Assembly: GCA_963803435.1 (NCBI GenBank)
Contig: CAWDML010000001.1
Coordinates: 2,176,001 to 2,240,000, forward strand
Length of the DNA stretch: 64,000 nucleotides
Reading direction: 5' to 3'
From: an uncultured delta proteobacterium
GTDB lineage: Bacteria; Myxococcota; Kuafuiibacteriia; Kuafuiibacteriales; Kuafuiibacteriaceae
Part shown: positions 53,692 through 64,000 of the stretch, in pieces
How the letters are laid out: each line of letters opens with the position of its first letter
Numbering within the stretch: the first letter of the stretch is position 1
The notes under the pieces: generated by a model
What the model saw: only the letters and a program-made list of their open reading frames with translations
Databases searched by the model: none
What the model was told of the DNA's origin: nothing
Program-made: the position numbers and the translations under genes

Positions 53692-55078
53692 ATGATCGCA
53701 TCTGCTCTCGCGCTGCCGGCGCTCCTCGTGGCTCTCGCCCAGGTGCCGCACGCCACCACGGCCACGGCCGCGGGCGACAGCGATGCCTTCGACGCCCTCA
53801 TGGGCCAGCCGCCGATCGAGGACGACGCCTTCGGTCGGCCGGCGCTCTTCATCGAGGCGATCGAGCTGGTCGGAAACGACAAGACCAGCGACAGCGTGAT
53901 CCTCCGCCGGATCCTCCTCGAGGTCGGCGATCTGATCGACGACCAGAAGGTGGAGGAGTCGCGGCTCCGCCTCCTCTCCACTGGGTTCTTCAAGTCGGTC
54001 GAGTTCAGCCTGCGGCGCGGGTCGAAGCGCGGACGGGTGCTGCTGATCGTGGAGGTGGTGGAGCGGAACACGATCCTGATCGACGAGCTCTACCTGGGCT
54101 TCTCTTCGGTCGCCCCGATCTTCGGCGGCTTCGGCGTGGTGGAGAACAACTTCCTGGGCCGCGGCGTCACCACCGGCGCCAGCTTCGTGGTCGGCCGCGA
54201 TCGGCGCGCGCTCCTCGTCCGCTTCTTCGTCCCCGACCTCTCCAACACGCCGCTGCAGCTCTCCGGATCGGCGATCCTGCTCCAGGGCGCAGAGCTCCTC
54301 GATCAAGAGAACCCGGACGGCGAGCAGATCCACTACCGGCGGTACGGCGGCACGCTGGGCGTCGGGATCGGAGTGGCGCCCGCCCAGCGCGTCTCGCTGA
54401 TCTACCGGCTCGAGTCGGTCCACACCGATCGACTGCCGAACCTCGACCCGGCGATCCTGCGCGGTGCGCCCTCGATCCAGTTCGACGACTCGGTCCTCTC
54501 CACGCTCTCGCTCACCTACGAGCGCGACACCCGCGACGACGCCTTCGTCCCCACGCAGGGCGATCGGGTCTCGCTCGGCGTGGAGCTGGGGACCTCGCTG
54601 ATCGGCTCCAGCTACGAGTTCAGCAAGTACACCGCCGAGTACCAGCACGCGTTCCTGCTCTTCGGCTCTCACAGCCTGCTGGTCTCGGCGTTCGGCGGCC
54701 TGATCCAGGGGCACGCGCCGTTCTTCAACCAGTTCTTCATCAGCGACTACGCCTACTTCGCGTTCGGTCGCGACTCGCTGCCGCGCAACGCCGAGCTGAA
54801 CTTCTCGGAGTCGAACGACTACGACGATCTGATCATCAACGCGAACGTCACCTACAACGTGCCGCTCCAGTCGGGCGGCTCGCTCCTGCTCCGGACCTTC
54901 TTCTACGGCGGCCTGGGGGTGACGGCGACCGCCTCCCTCGACGAGCTGCAGGAGGACCCGAGCGGGCGCGGCACCGGAGGCAAGGTCCCGATTCTCGTTC
55001 GACGCCGGCATCAAGCTCGACACGTTCGTGGGCAACTTCACGCTCTCGGTCGCCTACATCGTCGATCTGGTGCTGTGA
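53692..55078 (+). CDS. BamA/TamA (Omp85) family protein with one POTRA domain; indel at 54992
   Basis: IELVGNDKT..RL..TGFF..VVERN, ENNFLGRG, DTRDDAFVPTQG. Confidence 0.85.
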
Positions 55079-55080
55079 CC

Positions 55081-55713
55081 ATGGGGAGCCCGGCGACAAG
55101 CGTCCTGCCCTGGTTCCTCCTGGCCGCGCTCGCCGGTCAGCCCAGGGAGGAGCCGGCCCCGCTGTCCGTCACGCTGGCCAGGGGGAGCCGGATCGTGACC
55201 GCCAGCTTCGACGTCACCTCGGCCTTCACCGAGCAGTTCCGCAAACGGCTCAACGGCGGCATCCTGAGCACGGTCGAGATCGAGATGAAGCTGCTCGACA
55301 CGGACAACGCGGAGGTCGCCGCGACCTCGCGCCGCTGTGATCTGCGCCTCGACATCTGGGACGACGTCCTGCTGGTTCGCATCCAGGATCCGGAGCGTAC
55401 CCAGCGCAAGCGCTTCATCGCGGTCGACGAGGGGCTCAAGGCCTGTGGCGACGTCGATCGCGCCGTGATCGCCGACGGCACGCTCCTCACCCGGCCCGCC
55501 GGCTACCGGCTCTACGTGGCGGTCTCCCTCAACCCGGTCTCGGAGGATCTGCTCGAGCGGTCCCGGGAGTTCAGCTCGAATCCGCGGGGCGGCGGCGCCG
55601 GTCGCCCACCTTCGCTGTTGGGCGGCGTGGCCAAGCTCTTCCACGGGGATTCGACGGCGGGAGGGCAGACGTTTTACTTCCAATCGCAGATGCTGGTGAG
55701 ACCGGGAGGTTGA
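55081..55713 (+). CDS. DUF4390-like protein
   Basis: Signal peptide, RKRL..G, LRLDIWDD; position directly before an NtrY-like kinase. Confidence 0.65.
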   Translation: MGSPATSVLPWFLLAALAGQPREEPAPLSVTLARGSRIVTASFDVTSAFTEQFRKRLNGGILSTVEIEMKLLDTDNAEVAATSRRCDLRLDIWDDVLLVRIQDPERTQRKRFIAVDEGLKACGDVDRAVIADGTLLTRPAGYRLYVAVSLNPVSEDLLERSREFSSNPRGGGAGRPPSLLGGVAKLFHGDSTAGGQTFYFQSQMLVRPGG

Positions 55714-55716
55714 GCG

Positions 55717-57258
55717 ATGCTGCCGAGGATCTCCAGGTTCGAGCGCCGCATCATCATCGCGATCCTCCTCTGCGCGCTCACGCCCTTCCTCTTCTCGCTC
55801 TTCTTCATCCCGCAGATCATCGAGTCCCGATTGGCGCTCTCGATGCACCAGGACGTGCGCGAGCAGCTCGAGGAGAGCGCCCTCTTCTACCGGGAGTTCT
55901 TCGACGCCAAGAAGCGCGAGTACTCGGCCCGCGCCGAGTCGATCTCCAAGGATCCGGTCCTCATCCGCGCGGCCAAGGCGAGGAAGGTCGAGGACGTGAA
56001 GGAGCGCGTCGGACAGATCCTCGCCGACAACGCCGAGGTCCGGCGCGTGCGCGTATTCTCCGCCGCGGGCGATCTCCTGACGGAGCTCCCCGGCCCACCT
56101 GAACGGCTGAGCGACGAGTTCGTGCCCAAGACGCTGGCGCTGCCGCTCGGCATCGGTGATGCGCCGATGATGGAGATCGAGTTCATCCTACCGCGACGCT
56201 ACCTGACCGATCGCGCCGACGCCGAGGAGGTCGCCACGCTCTACGCCACCTCGCTCAAGACCGAGGGCGATCGCGCGCGCTCGTTCTACCTCGGGTACAT
56301 CGCGATCACCGCGATCGTGGTGGTGATGGCGCTGTGGGTCGGCTTCCTGCTGGCGCGTGGCGTGACCAAGCGAATCGCGCGGCTGGCCCTGGCCACCGAG
56401 CGCGTGGCCCGGGGCGAATCGGGCTTCACGGTGCCGGTCGGAGGCAGCGACGAGATCTCCGAGCTGATCGGAGGTTTCAACCGGATGATCGAGGAGGTGG
56501 CCGAAGCGCGCGATCGGATCGTCTATCTGGAGAAGGTCTCGGGTTGGCAGGAGTTTGCAAGAAGGCTTGCACACGAGATCAAGAACCCGCTGACCCCGAT
56601 CCGGCTCTCGATCCAGGAGCTGCGGCGCCGGGCCCCCGAGACCGATGCGCGTTTCAAGAAGCTGGTGGAGGACGCCACCGACGTCGTCGAGGAGGAGATC
56701 GGCGCGCTCACCCGCCTGGTCGACGAGTTCTCTCAGTTCGCGCGCCTGCCCGAGGTGATCCCGGAGCAGGTGGAGATGAACGGCTATCTGCTGGAGTTCC
56801 TGGCGGCCCACCACAACTTCGAGCCCGACGCAAAGCTCACGCTCGAGGTGGAGTCGGACGATATCCAGGCCGGCATCGATCGCGTGCTGATGCGGCGCGT
56901 GCTCTCGAACCTGGTGATGAACGCGATCCAGGCGGCCGGGAAAGGTACCTCGGAGATCGAGGTCCGGTGCGCGCAGATCCCGGCGACGCGCATGATCGAG
57001 CTCAGGGTCGAGGACAACGGGCCGGGCGTTCCGCAGGATCTGGGCGAGAAGATCTTCGAGCCCTACTACACGACCAAACCGGAGGGCACCGGCCTGGGCC
57101 TGGCGATCGTGAAGAAGATCGTCCTGCAGCACGGCGGATCGATCGCGCTCCGGCGCAGCGCCAAGGGGGGCGCAGCGTTCGTGATCCTGCTTCCGCCGCT
57201 GGAGAAGACGCGCGCAACGCGGATCCCGAAGCCAGAACGCCGGGAAGCCGGGGCGTAG
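55717..57258 (+). CDS. NtrY-like sensor histidine kinase (HAMP)
   Basis: WQEFARRLAHEIKNPLTPI, DNGPG, FEPYYTTK, GTGLGL. Confidence 0.92.
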   Translation: MLPRISRFERRIIIAILLCALTPFLFSLFFIPQIIESRLALSMHQDVREQLEESALFYREFFDAKKREYSARAESISKDPVLIRAAKARKVEDVKERVGQILADNAEVRRVRVFSAAGDLLTELPGPPERLSDEFVPKTLALPLGIGDAPMMEIEFILPRRYLTDRADAEEVATLYATSLKTEGDRARSFYLGYIAITAIVVVMALWVGFLLARGVTKRIARLALATERVARGESGFTVPVGGSDEISELIGGFNRMIEEVAEARDRIVYLEKVSGWQEFARRLAHEIKNPLTPIRLSIQELRRRAPETDARFKKLVEDATDVVEEEIGALTRLVDEFSQFARLPEVIPEQVEMNGYLLEFLAAHHNFEPDAKLTLEVESDDIQAGIDRVLMRRVLSNLVMNAIQAAGKGTSEIEVRCAQIPATRMIELRVEDNGPGVPQDLGEKIFEPYYTTKPEGTGLGLAIVKKIVLQHGGSIALRRSAKGGAAFVILLPPLEKTRATRIPKPERREAGA

Positions 57259-57330
57259 CGCGAGTCGCGTCGGGTCACCCGACGATTGCGGTGGCACTCA
57301 CTTGCGAGCGCTTGCTCATCGTCCGACGGC

Positions 57331-58290
57331 TTGCCTATCGTCCGCTCCTTGCTGCGGCCAAAGCACCTCCTGCTCACCCTGCTCCTCACCGCGTGCGGCG
57401 GGCCGCAGAAGCCGGCGTCGAATGACGATGCTCCTCCGCCGCCGAAGCGGACGCGGCCGGTCCACTCCGACGCTCCGCCCGGACAGGCCGAGCTGGACGC
57501 GGCCATGACGGCGGCGCGGAAGGGTGATCTGGACGCGGCCGTCGAGCGCGCCCAGGCGGCGATCGCGGCAAATCCCCAGCTCGAGAACGCGTACCTGCTG
57601 TACGGGAGCGCCTGCGCGATGAAGCAGGACGCGTGCGAGGCCGACGCCTACCAGAAGGGGCTCGCGGCGCTGCCGCGCTCCGTCGCGCTGAAGAAGGCGA
57701 TGGCGCTGGTCCATCTGGGAAAGAACGAGATGGACCAGGCGATCGCCATGCTCGAGGAGGTGAACGACGGCAAGGACACCGAGGTGATGTCGGACCTGGC
57801 CTACGCGTACATCTTCGTGGACCGGGCCGACGAGGGCGAGCAGCTCGCGAACAAGGCGCTCGAGATCGACCCCAAGTGTTTCCAGTGCAACATGACGCTG
57901 GGCCAGATCCACCTGATCAAGAAGCGGTACGATCGTGCGATCGCGGTCTACAGTCGTGCGAGCGAGCTGGTTCCGGAGGATCCGGCGCCACGGCGAAAGC
58001 TGGCGCAGGCGACCTACCTGGCCGGCAAGAAGAAGGAAGCCCTGGCGCTGTACGCCGCGGAGCTGGAGAAGACCGGCGACGACGACGGGCTCCGGTTCGA
58101 GTACGCCAAGGCGCTGCTCGGCGCCAAGAAGGCCAAGGATGCGGCCGGTGAGCTCCAGAAGCTCCTCTCGAAGAACCAGGACGAGCCGAACCTCCTCAAG
58201 CTGCTCCTGAAGGCGCAGCAGCAGGCCAAGGACAAGAAGGGCGTGAAGGCGACCGCCGCGCGTCTGAAGAAGCTGGGAGTGAAACCGTGA
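57331..58290 (+). CDS. TPR-repeat lipoprotein
   Basis: LTACGG lipobox, multiple TPR units; start uncertain. Confidence 0.85.
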   Translation: MPIVRSLLRPKHLLLTLLLTACGGPQKPASNDDAPPPPKRTRPVHSDAPPGQAELDAAMTAARKGDLDAAVERAQAAIAANPQLENAYLLYGSACAMKQDACEADAYQKGLAALPRSVALKKAMALVHLGKNEMDQAIAMLEEVNDGKDTEVMSDLAYAYIFVDRADEGEQLANKALEIDPKCFQCNMTLGQIHLIKKRYDRAIAVYSRASELVPEDPAPRRKLAQATYLAGKKKEALALYAAELEKTGDDDGLRFEYAKALLGAKKAKDAAGELQKLLSKNQDEPNLLKLLLKAQQQAKDKKGVKATAARLKKLGVKP

Positions 58291-58605
58291 GCGACGATCC
58301 GAAGACCCCGCCCGCACCGGTGCCCGTGCAGATCAAGATTCGAGCTCGATCCGGAGACCGCGCAAGGCACCTACGTCAACATGGCGATGGTGAACCACAA
58401 CGAGACCGAGCTGACGCTCGATTTCATCTATGTCCAGCCGCAAGAGCCGAAGGGAAAGGTCCGGGCGCGGATCATCTCCAGCCCCAAGCACGCGAAGCGG
58501 CTCCTCATCGCGCTCCAGGACTCGATCGCAGGCTACGAGCGGAAGTTCGGCGTCATCGACATCGGGCCCAACCTGGCGATGCCGACGGGCAAGATCCTCA
58601 ACTGA
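58287..58605 (+). CDS. DUF3467 family protein; indel at 58339
   Basis: IELDPETAQGTYVN..H..TE..LDF..RIISSP.HAKRL. Confidence 0.85.
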
Positions 58606-58608
58606 GTC

Positions 58609-60819
58609 TCATCGCGCTCGGACCGGCGTCGCCTTCAGCGCGGCCTTGCCATCCTTCTCGTAGACCTGGAAGCGGACGGTCCGGCAGTTGTACTTCTTGA
58701 TCAGGTTCTCGCGGTTCTTGGTCAGCTTCACGAGGAAGCGATCGAAGGCGAGATCGGCGGTGGCCTCGCCACACTTGCGACGCATGTCGATGAAGCGCTC
58801 GTACACCTGCTTGAAGTGGGCGTGATCGGCTGCGTCGAGGCCGTGGAGGCTGCCGGGCGAGGGACCCTCCGGCATTCCGTCGCCGGCCGACTGCGCGAGG
58901 AGGTCGGCGGGTACCGAGGCAACGACCGTCGCGTCGGGCTTGGACTCGTGGAGGGCGTGCTCCCCGGTGCCCTCATCCCGCGCCGTCTTGGCGAGCAGCT
59001 CCTCCTGGACCGGCGCGACCACCGTCTCCTCGGGGCCGAAGCTGCCGCCGTCTCCGAGCGAGGCCGATCCGAGACCCGCCGGCGCGTCGAGCGTGAGGCT
59101 GCCGCCGCCGCGAAGACCGACGCCCTGCGACACCGAGTCCTCCGGGGGAATGTAAAACTTCGGCTGCGGCGTCGGACGCGGAGAGGTCAGCGAGCCGGCC
59201 CGGAAGTACTCGGACTGCGACGGCATGAACGGCGACTCGGTCTGAGGTGCCGCGCCGCGGATCGAGGCGGCGGAGCGGGGCGGCTGGGGCGGCGCGCTGA
59301 GCCCGGCGTCGGCGGCCGCGTTCTGCTGAGCCTCCAGCGAGGCGATCGCCTCCGCGATGGCGGCGGCGCTATCGCCGTCCTCCTCGCCGCCGTAGTCGTC
59401 CATCTCGCTCGGCGCCACCTGGGGCAGGCTCATCGAAGCGATCGCCTCGGCGACCGCCGCTTCCTCCTCGTCGCGCGCGTCGTACGCGGCCGGCGGCGGC
59501 TTGATCGGCGAGCGGGCGGTCGACAGCGGCGGAGACGCCGGGGCCGGCGGAAATGTCGAGAGATCGGCGGGCTCGTAGAGATCCTCGTACGCCTCGGGCG
59601 GCGGTGCGGCCTTGGGCCGCTGCGACTGCAGCAGCGGGAGCGGGCTGGTCTGCAGATCCGCGCTGTTCAACCCGGGGAGCTCGCTGATCGGTGAGCCGTC
59701 GGCGAGCGACGTCGACGCCGAGAACGGCCGTGGCGGCATCTTCTGCATCATCATGTTGATGAGGCGGACCAAACGCCGGAACGGTCGGCTCACGTTACGC
59801 TCGGGCAGCTCGGCCTCGCCGCGGCCGAGCTGGATCGCAGAGAGATGCTCGGCGACGCGATCGATCGGCGACACGAACGTCCGGTAGTTCACCAGCCCGA
59901 CCAGCAACGCCAGCATCAGCGACGCGACCAGGACTCCGATCAGGACCTCCTGCCGGCGGGCCAGATCCCGCAGCGGATCGGCGCTCGGGACCGAGAGGAT
60001 CCAGCGGACGTTGTTGGAGGGCGCGGTCGAGGCGTACGAGCTGTAGGCGAGGCCGTCGGCGTACTTGTCGACCAGCACCGGCAGGAAGGGGAGCACGCCG
60101 CTCTCGAGGGGCTTGGTCAGCCGGCCGCCGTGGACCACGCCGACCGCCCTCGCGGAGTCGTCGACCACCTGCTTCGCGAACGCCGGGTCCAGCGTGGTGG
60201 TCACCTCTCCCGATCCGGAGACCACGGTGAGATCGCCGACGAACGACGACGCGAACGTCTTGAGCAGCGCAGGGTTGACCGTCCGTGCGATCAGGACGGC
60301 GCCCTCGGCCCGTCCGTCCTTGACGACAGGGGCGGCGCTCACCAGCGACAGCTTCCCGCGCTCGTCCCAGAAGCCGTCGAGCGCGAACCCTTGCTGCGTG
60401 CGGCGGAAGAGCGGATGTCCGACGATCACGCGCGGGGTCTCCGGGACGTCACTCGCCTGATCGGTGAGCACGATCCGGCCCTCGGCGTCGATCAGCCAGA
60501 CAAAACCGCCCTCGGCGTTGGCGGCGAGCAGCTCGTGCGCGCTCTGGACCGCGGTGTCCTTGCGCCGTCCGGAGCGCCCGAGGTCGTCGAGGATGGCGGC
60601 GTTGCCGATCTCGCGCGCCAGCACCAGCGCGCGGCCGACCTCCTGATGGGCGTCGAGCCGGAGGCTCTGGCTGAGGCTCCGATCGGCGAGCTTGGCGGCG
60701 GTGGCGCCGGCGCGCTCGGCGCGACTGATCTCGGAGGCGGTGTCGACGTAGAGGGCCGCGCCCAGCGGGACGACCACGCAGAGGATGAGAAGGGTGAGGT
60801 GGCGGATCCAGAACGTCAT
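58609..60819 (-). CDS. MXAN_5187-like membrane protein
   Basis: TM-periplasmic-TM, low-complexity linker, C-terminal HFKQVYERF..CGE..VRFQVYEKDGKAALKATP. Confidence 0.8.
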   Translation of the reverse strand: MTFWIRHLTLLILCVVVPLGAALYVDTASEISRAERAGATAAKLADRSLSQSLRLDAHQEVGRALVLAREIGNAAILDDLGRSGRRKDTAVQSAHELLAANAEGGFVWLIDAEGRIVLTDQASDVPETPRVIVGHPLFRRTQQGFALDGFWDERGKLSLVSAAPVVKDGRAEGAVLIARTVNPALLKTFASSFVGDLTVVSGSGEVTTTLDPAFAKQVVDDSARAVGVVHGGRLTKPLESGVLPFLPVLVDKYADGLAYSSYASTAPSNNVRWILSVPSADPLRDLARRQEVLIGVLVASLMLALLVGLVNYRTFVSPIDRVAEHLSAIQLGRGEAELPERNVSRPFRRLVRLINMMMQKMPPRPFSASTSLADGSPISELPGLNSADLQTSPLPLLQSQRPKAAPPPEAYEDLYEPADLSTFPPAPASPPLSTARSPIKPPPAAYDARDEEEAAVAEAIASMSLPQVAPSEMDDYGGEEDGDSAAAIAEAIASLEAQQNAAADAGLSAPPQPPRSAASIRGAAPQTESPFMPSQSEYFRAGSLTSPRPTPQPKFYIPPEDSVSQGVGLRGGGSLTLDAPAGLGSASLGDGGSFGPEETVVAPVQEELLAKTARDEGTGEHALHESKPDATVVASVPADLLAQSAGDGMPEGPSPGSLHGLDAADHAHFKQVYERFIDMRRKCGEATADLAFDRFLVKLTKNRENLIKKYNCRTVRFQVYEKDGKAALKATPVRAR

Positions 60820-60824
60820 CTTCG

Positions 60825-61597
60825 CTACGGGCTGTCGCCCTCGTCCTCATCGGGGGTGGCGCCGGCGGGCGCGGCGGGCGCGGTTTCAGCGCCGGGGGCG
60901 GCGGAGGGGGCGGCGGGGCGGACTCCGCGCGCTCCTGGTCCGACCTGAGATTGAGGGTGCCCACGTCGACGTCGTACTTCTTCACCTCGACGTCCCGGGT
61001 CTCGACCTGGCCGTTGATCCCCAGGACCCGGAGCGCGTACTGCCCCTCGACCGCGTTCAGCTCGAAGCTGCCGCGCTCGTCGGGCATCGCCACCAGCCCC
61101 AGGTCGCCGACGTGGATGACTCCGCGGATGTGCGGCCACTCCTTCACCCGGATCGGGCGAAGCTCGGACTCGCCCGCACCCTTGATCGCGCTGCAGGTGT
61201 ACGCCTTCTCCTCGTTCGGCTTGAGAACACCGAACGACTCGTCACCGATCACCACCGTGATCGGATCGCGCTCTTCGTTGACCAGGATCACCTTCGCATC
61301 CACTTCACAGGCCGAGACTTTCGGAACGATCTCGAGGCCGCGGAAGGTCATCCGGAGGTGCTCGGTGGCCTCGGGGAGGACCTTCGACTCGTTCGCGCGC
61401 AGGAAGATCACGACGTCGGTCGTGAGCGCTTCGAGGCTCTTGGCGGGGGCCGCCACTTGCGTCACGGTGTAGCCGAGCTTCTCCTCTGTCGTCTCTGCGC
61501 GGGCGCGCCGAACGGTCCCTCGGACGCGCGCCGCCGCCGCGAGGCCGGGGCAGGCGAGCGCCGCCGCGGTGAGTATGGTGCAGAAAAGCCGTCTCAT
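60825..61597 (-). CDS. Hypothetical exported protein (cupredoxin/carboxypeptidase-regulatory-like); indel near 60945
   Basis: Signal peptide, PDERGSFEL..GQY.LRV; corrected stop lies just before the next ATG. Confidence 0.6.
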
Positions 61598-61657
61598 GAC
61601 GCGGTGTTCGGATAAATTGCAGGATCCGGAGAACGTGTCAAACAAGGTGGCGCGCCG

Positions 61658-63068
61658 ATGTCCGCACCCCTCCCCACAGTGAAACAGGTTTGGGCGGCGC
61701 GCCTCGCGCCGGCGCTCTGGCTCGGCGCGGGCCTGTGGGATTTGGCCCTCGACGACCCGCGGCTACGATTTCCGGCCCATCTGGTCGCGGTCGCGCTCAT
61801 GGGCGCCGCCTGGCTCGCGCTGCTCCACGCGGCGCCGACCCTCTCTCGGCGCCAGGTCTGGACGCTCGTCGGGGTGGGCCTCGCGCTCCGGATCGCGGCG
61901 CTCTTCGCCGCCCCCGCCTTCTCCGACGACGTATTTCGATACGTCTATGAGGGTCGGGTCGTGTGGTACCGCGGCCCCGCCTTTCCCTTCGCCCATCCGC
62001 CGGCCGACGCGCCCGCGCTCGGCGTTCCGCCGCATCTCCTCGACGAGGCGTGGCGCCGGATCAACCACCCGGACATCTCGACGATCTACCCGCCCTTCGC
62101 GCAGGCCGTGTTTGCCGCCGCCGGCGGGCTCGGCGAGCTGTTCGGCCGCACGCTCCTCTGGCTCAAGCTCCTCCTGGTCCTCGCCGATTCTCGGGACCTG
62201 GGCCACGCTGGCCGCGGTGCTCCACCGGCAGGGGCGGCCGATCGGGTCGTCGATCGCGTGGGGCCTGTGCCCGCTGACGGTCCTGGAGATCGCGCGCGAG
62301 GGACACGCCGACGTGCTGAGCGCGCTCGGCCTCGCCCTCGGCCTGGCAGCGTTCGTCGCGGCCCGCCCGCGGCTCGGCTATGCGGCCTTCGCGACGGCCG
62401 CGCTCGCCAAGCTCAACGGGCTCGTCGCGCTGCTCGCCGCCGCCCGCACCACGCGCAGGGGCCTCGCCGTCGGCCTCGGGCTCGCCGCGCTCCTCGGAGT
62501 CCCCTTCCTCCTCGCAGGCGCGCACGCGGGCTTCGGCCTCACGCAATACGCGACGCGCTGGCGCGCCGGCGACGGCCTGTTCTCCCTGGTGCTGCGGGGG
62601 TCCGAGGCGATCCTCGGCGGCGACTGGCGCCGGCTCACCGGCTCGGGGCTCACGATCACGAAACAGGCGCTGGCGCGGGGGCTGACGGCGCTCCTCGGCG
62701 CCGGCGTTTTGATCGCGATCCTACGGTCGCGCGCGCCGGTCGAGGCCATCCCCCGCCGCGCCGGCCTCTTGCTCCTCGCCTTGCTCCTGATCAGCCCGAC
62801 GCTCCATCCGTGGTACGTCGCGTGGGTCCTCCCGTTCACCGTGCTCGCCGACTTCAGCGGACGTCGCGCCGTCCTCGCGCTCGCCCTGCTCGCGCCGCTC
62901 CTCCACCACCCCGGATGGCTCGAGCTCTCTACCGGGAGGTGGACCGACCTCGCGTGGATCCGCGCCCTCGTGCACGTCCCGGTGTGGGCGTTGCTCCTGG
63001 TCGATCTGGCTCCCGGTTTCCGTCCGGGCTACCCTGCGGGCCCGTGCCGGTCGAGCAAGGTCTCCTGA
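61658..63068 (+). CDS. GT-C (GT87-like) membrane glycosyltransferase; indel at 62188
   Basis: SDDVFRYVYEGR, INHP...TIYPP, EGHAD, LHPWY. Confidence 0.85.
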
Positions 63069-63860
63069 TCGCGGTCAAGGACGGCGTCGTCGAGCTGACG
63101 GCGGACGTCGTCGATCCCCAGCGGGACGCCGCCGAGACTTTCCTCAACAGCGTCAACGAGATCCTGTTCGATCATCAGTACCAGGCGATGACGGATTCCG
63201 ACGATCCTGAACCCGCCCGACCTCGCGCTGGCCTCCTGCATCGTCTCCCGCGATCCGATCCCTGACGCCCTCAAGGACGGGCTCATCAGCCTGGGCTTCA
63301 CGCCGGTGGAGAGCGAGGCCGGCGGGCGCGCCGACCGATCCCTCTTCTCCCGCTTCCAGAAGCGGACCCGGTCGAAGCTGGACAAGTGGATGACGCCGTA
63401 TCTGCGGGCCGCCGACGTCAGCGAGCGCCTCGGCGAGCTCGAGGAGTCGCTGATCGAAGACGTGCCCGAGGGGGACCTGGGCGACGTCGCCGACGCCGCC
63501 AGCCGAGCCCTCGCCGACGCCGTGCGCACGATCTTCCGCCTCCTGATCTCGACCGACCTCGAGGGCATGCGGCAGCTCGAGCGCGCCCTCCTCCAGGAGC
63601 GCGCCCAGGCCAAGGGCCGCCTGGTCCTCCACCCCTCCGCCGTGCGGGCCCTCACCGCGTTCACCGGGGAGACGATCCGCCGCCTCGCCCCGGCCTCTCG
63701 CTGGGACGCGGACGAGGGGCCCCTGCTGGTGGACTCCGGCCGCGGCGCGCCGGTCGCCTCCGATCCGGAGTTTCGGGCCGTCAAGTTCGTCGTCCGGGGC
63801 AACAAGGAGCTCCTGACCGCCTACGTCGATTCCGTCGTCACGCAGAGCCGCGGCCGGTAG
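63044..63860 (+). CDS. Hypothetical protein; indel at 63196
   Basis: Removing one T joins VPVEQGLL.. to the 63306 ORF. Confidence 0.6.
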
Positions 63861-63904
63861 AAGTTGACCGATACCCTCGATCTTCAGCAGGTTGGGTCCC
63901 CGTG

Positions 63905-64000
63905 ATGAAGATTTTCGCTCTTCCGCTTGCGACGTTGTTCCTCACGTCGACCGCGGCGGCCCAGGACAGCAAGACGGTGCTCGTGCTCCCCTACCAACCG
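63905..64000 (+). CDS. Start of a secreted protein (truncated by window edge)
   Basis: MKIFALPLATLFLTSTAAAQD signal peptide. Confidence 0.6.
   Translation, partial: MKIFALPLATLFLTSTAAAQDSKTVLVLPYQP

Noticed and set aside
53692-55713. 673-aa Omp85-DUF4390 fusion protein in the ORF track
   Set aside because: Artefact of the extra T at ~54992; the corrected Omp85 stops at 55078 and the next gene starts at 55081.
57292-57305. Sigma-54 promoter TGGCACTCACTTGC
   Set aside because: GG-GC spacing is 9 nt rather than the required 10.
60449-60945. Poly-Pro C-terminal extension overlapping the MXAN_5187-like gene by ~370 nt
   Set aside because: Probable indel near 60945; the alternative frame stops at 60825, just before the next ATG.

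Overview
High-GC window from a myxobacterium-like (Myxococcota/Deltaproteobacteria) chromosome. The assignment rests on Ser/Thr kinases, Cys-rich and vWA lipoproteins and a MXAN_5187-like protein. Most of it is core or lineage-typical: mfd, prfB with its +1 frameshift, coaD, rluD-pgeF, a leuB-like dehydrogenase, archaeal-type aspS, parA, etfBA, rng, a BamA/TamA family gene and histidine kinases. The most unusual stretch is a mobile-element graveyard at ~36.3-38.85 kb. It holds two back-to-back decayed IS5-family copies, a four-helix-bundle gene fragment and a group II twintron. In the twintron, an inner class-D-like intron with its ORF almost entirely deleted ends exactly at the codon following the outer intron's (now missing) YADD motif, and there may be a third layer. 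A second window-wide signal is that at least 8 frameshifts are the same GATC->GATTC insertion, which points to long-read errors at a modified GATC motif rather than pseudogenes. Other candidates are a 1001-aa tandem GlnE/GlnD-like nucleotidyltransferase coupled to rluD-pgeF, a PHM-like copper monooxygenase plus CX4CH cytochrome lipoprotein cluster, a structured aspS leader, tandem pseudokinases, an ABC-DUF1854 fusion and a stand-alone LeuA-type regulatory domain. No tRNA, rRNA or CRISPR array was recognised. All family assignments come from motif recognition by eye, not from searches.
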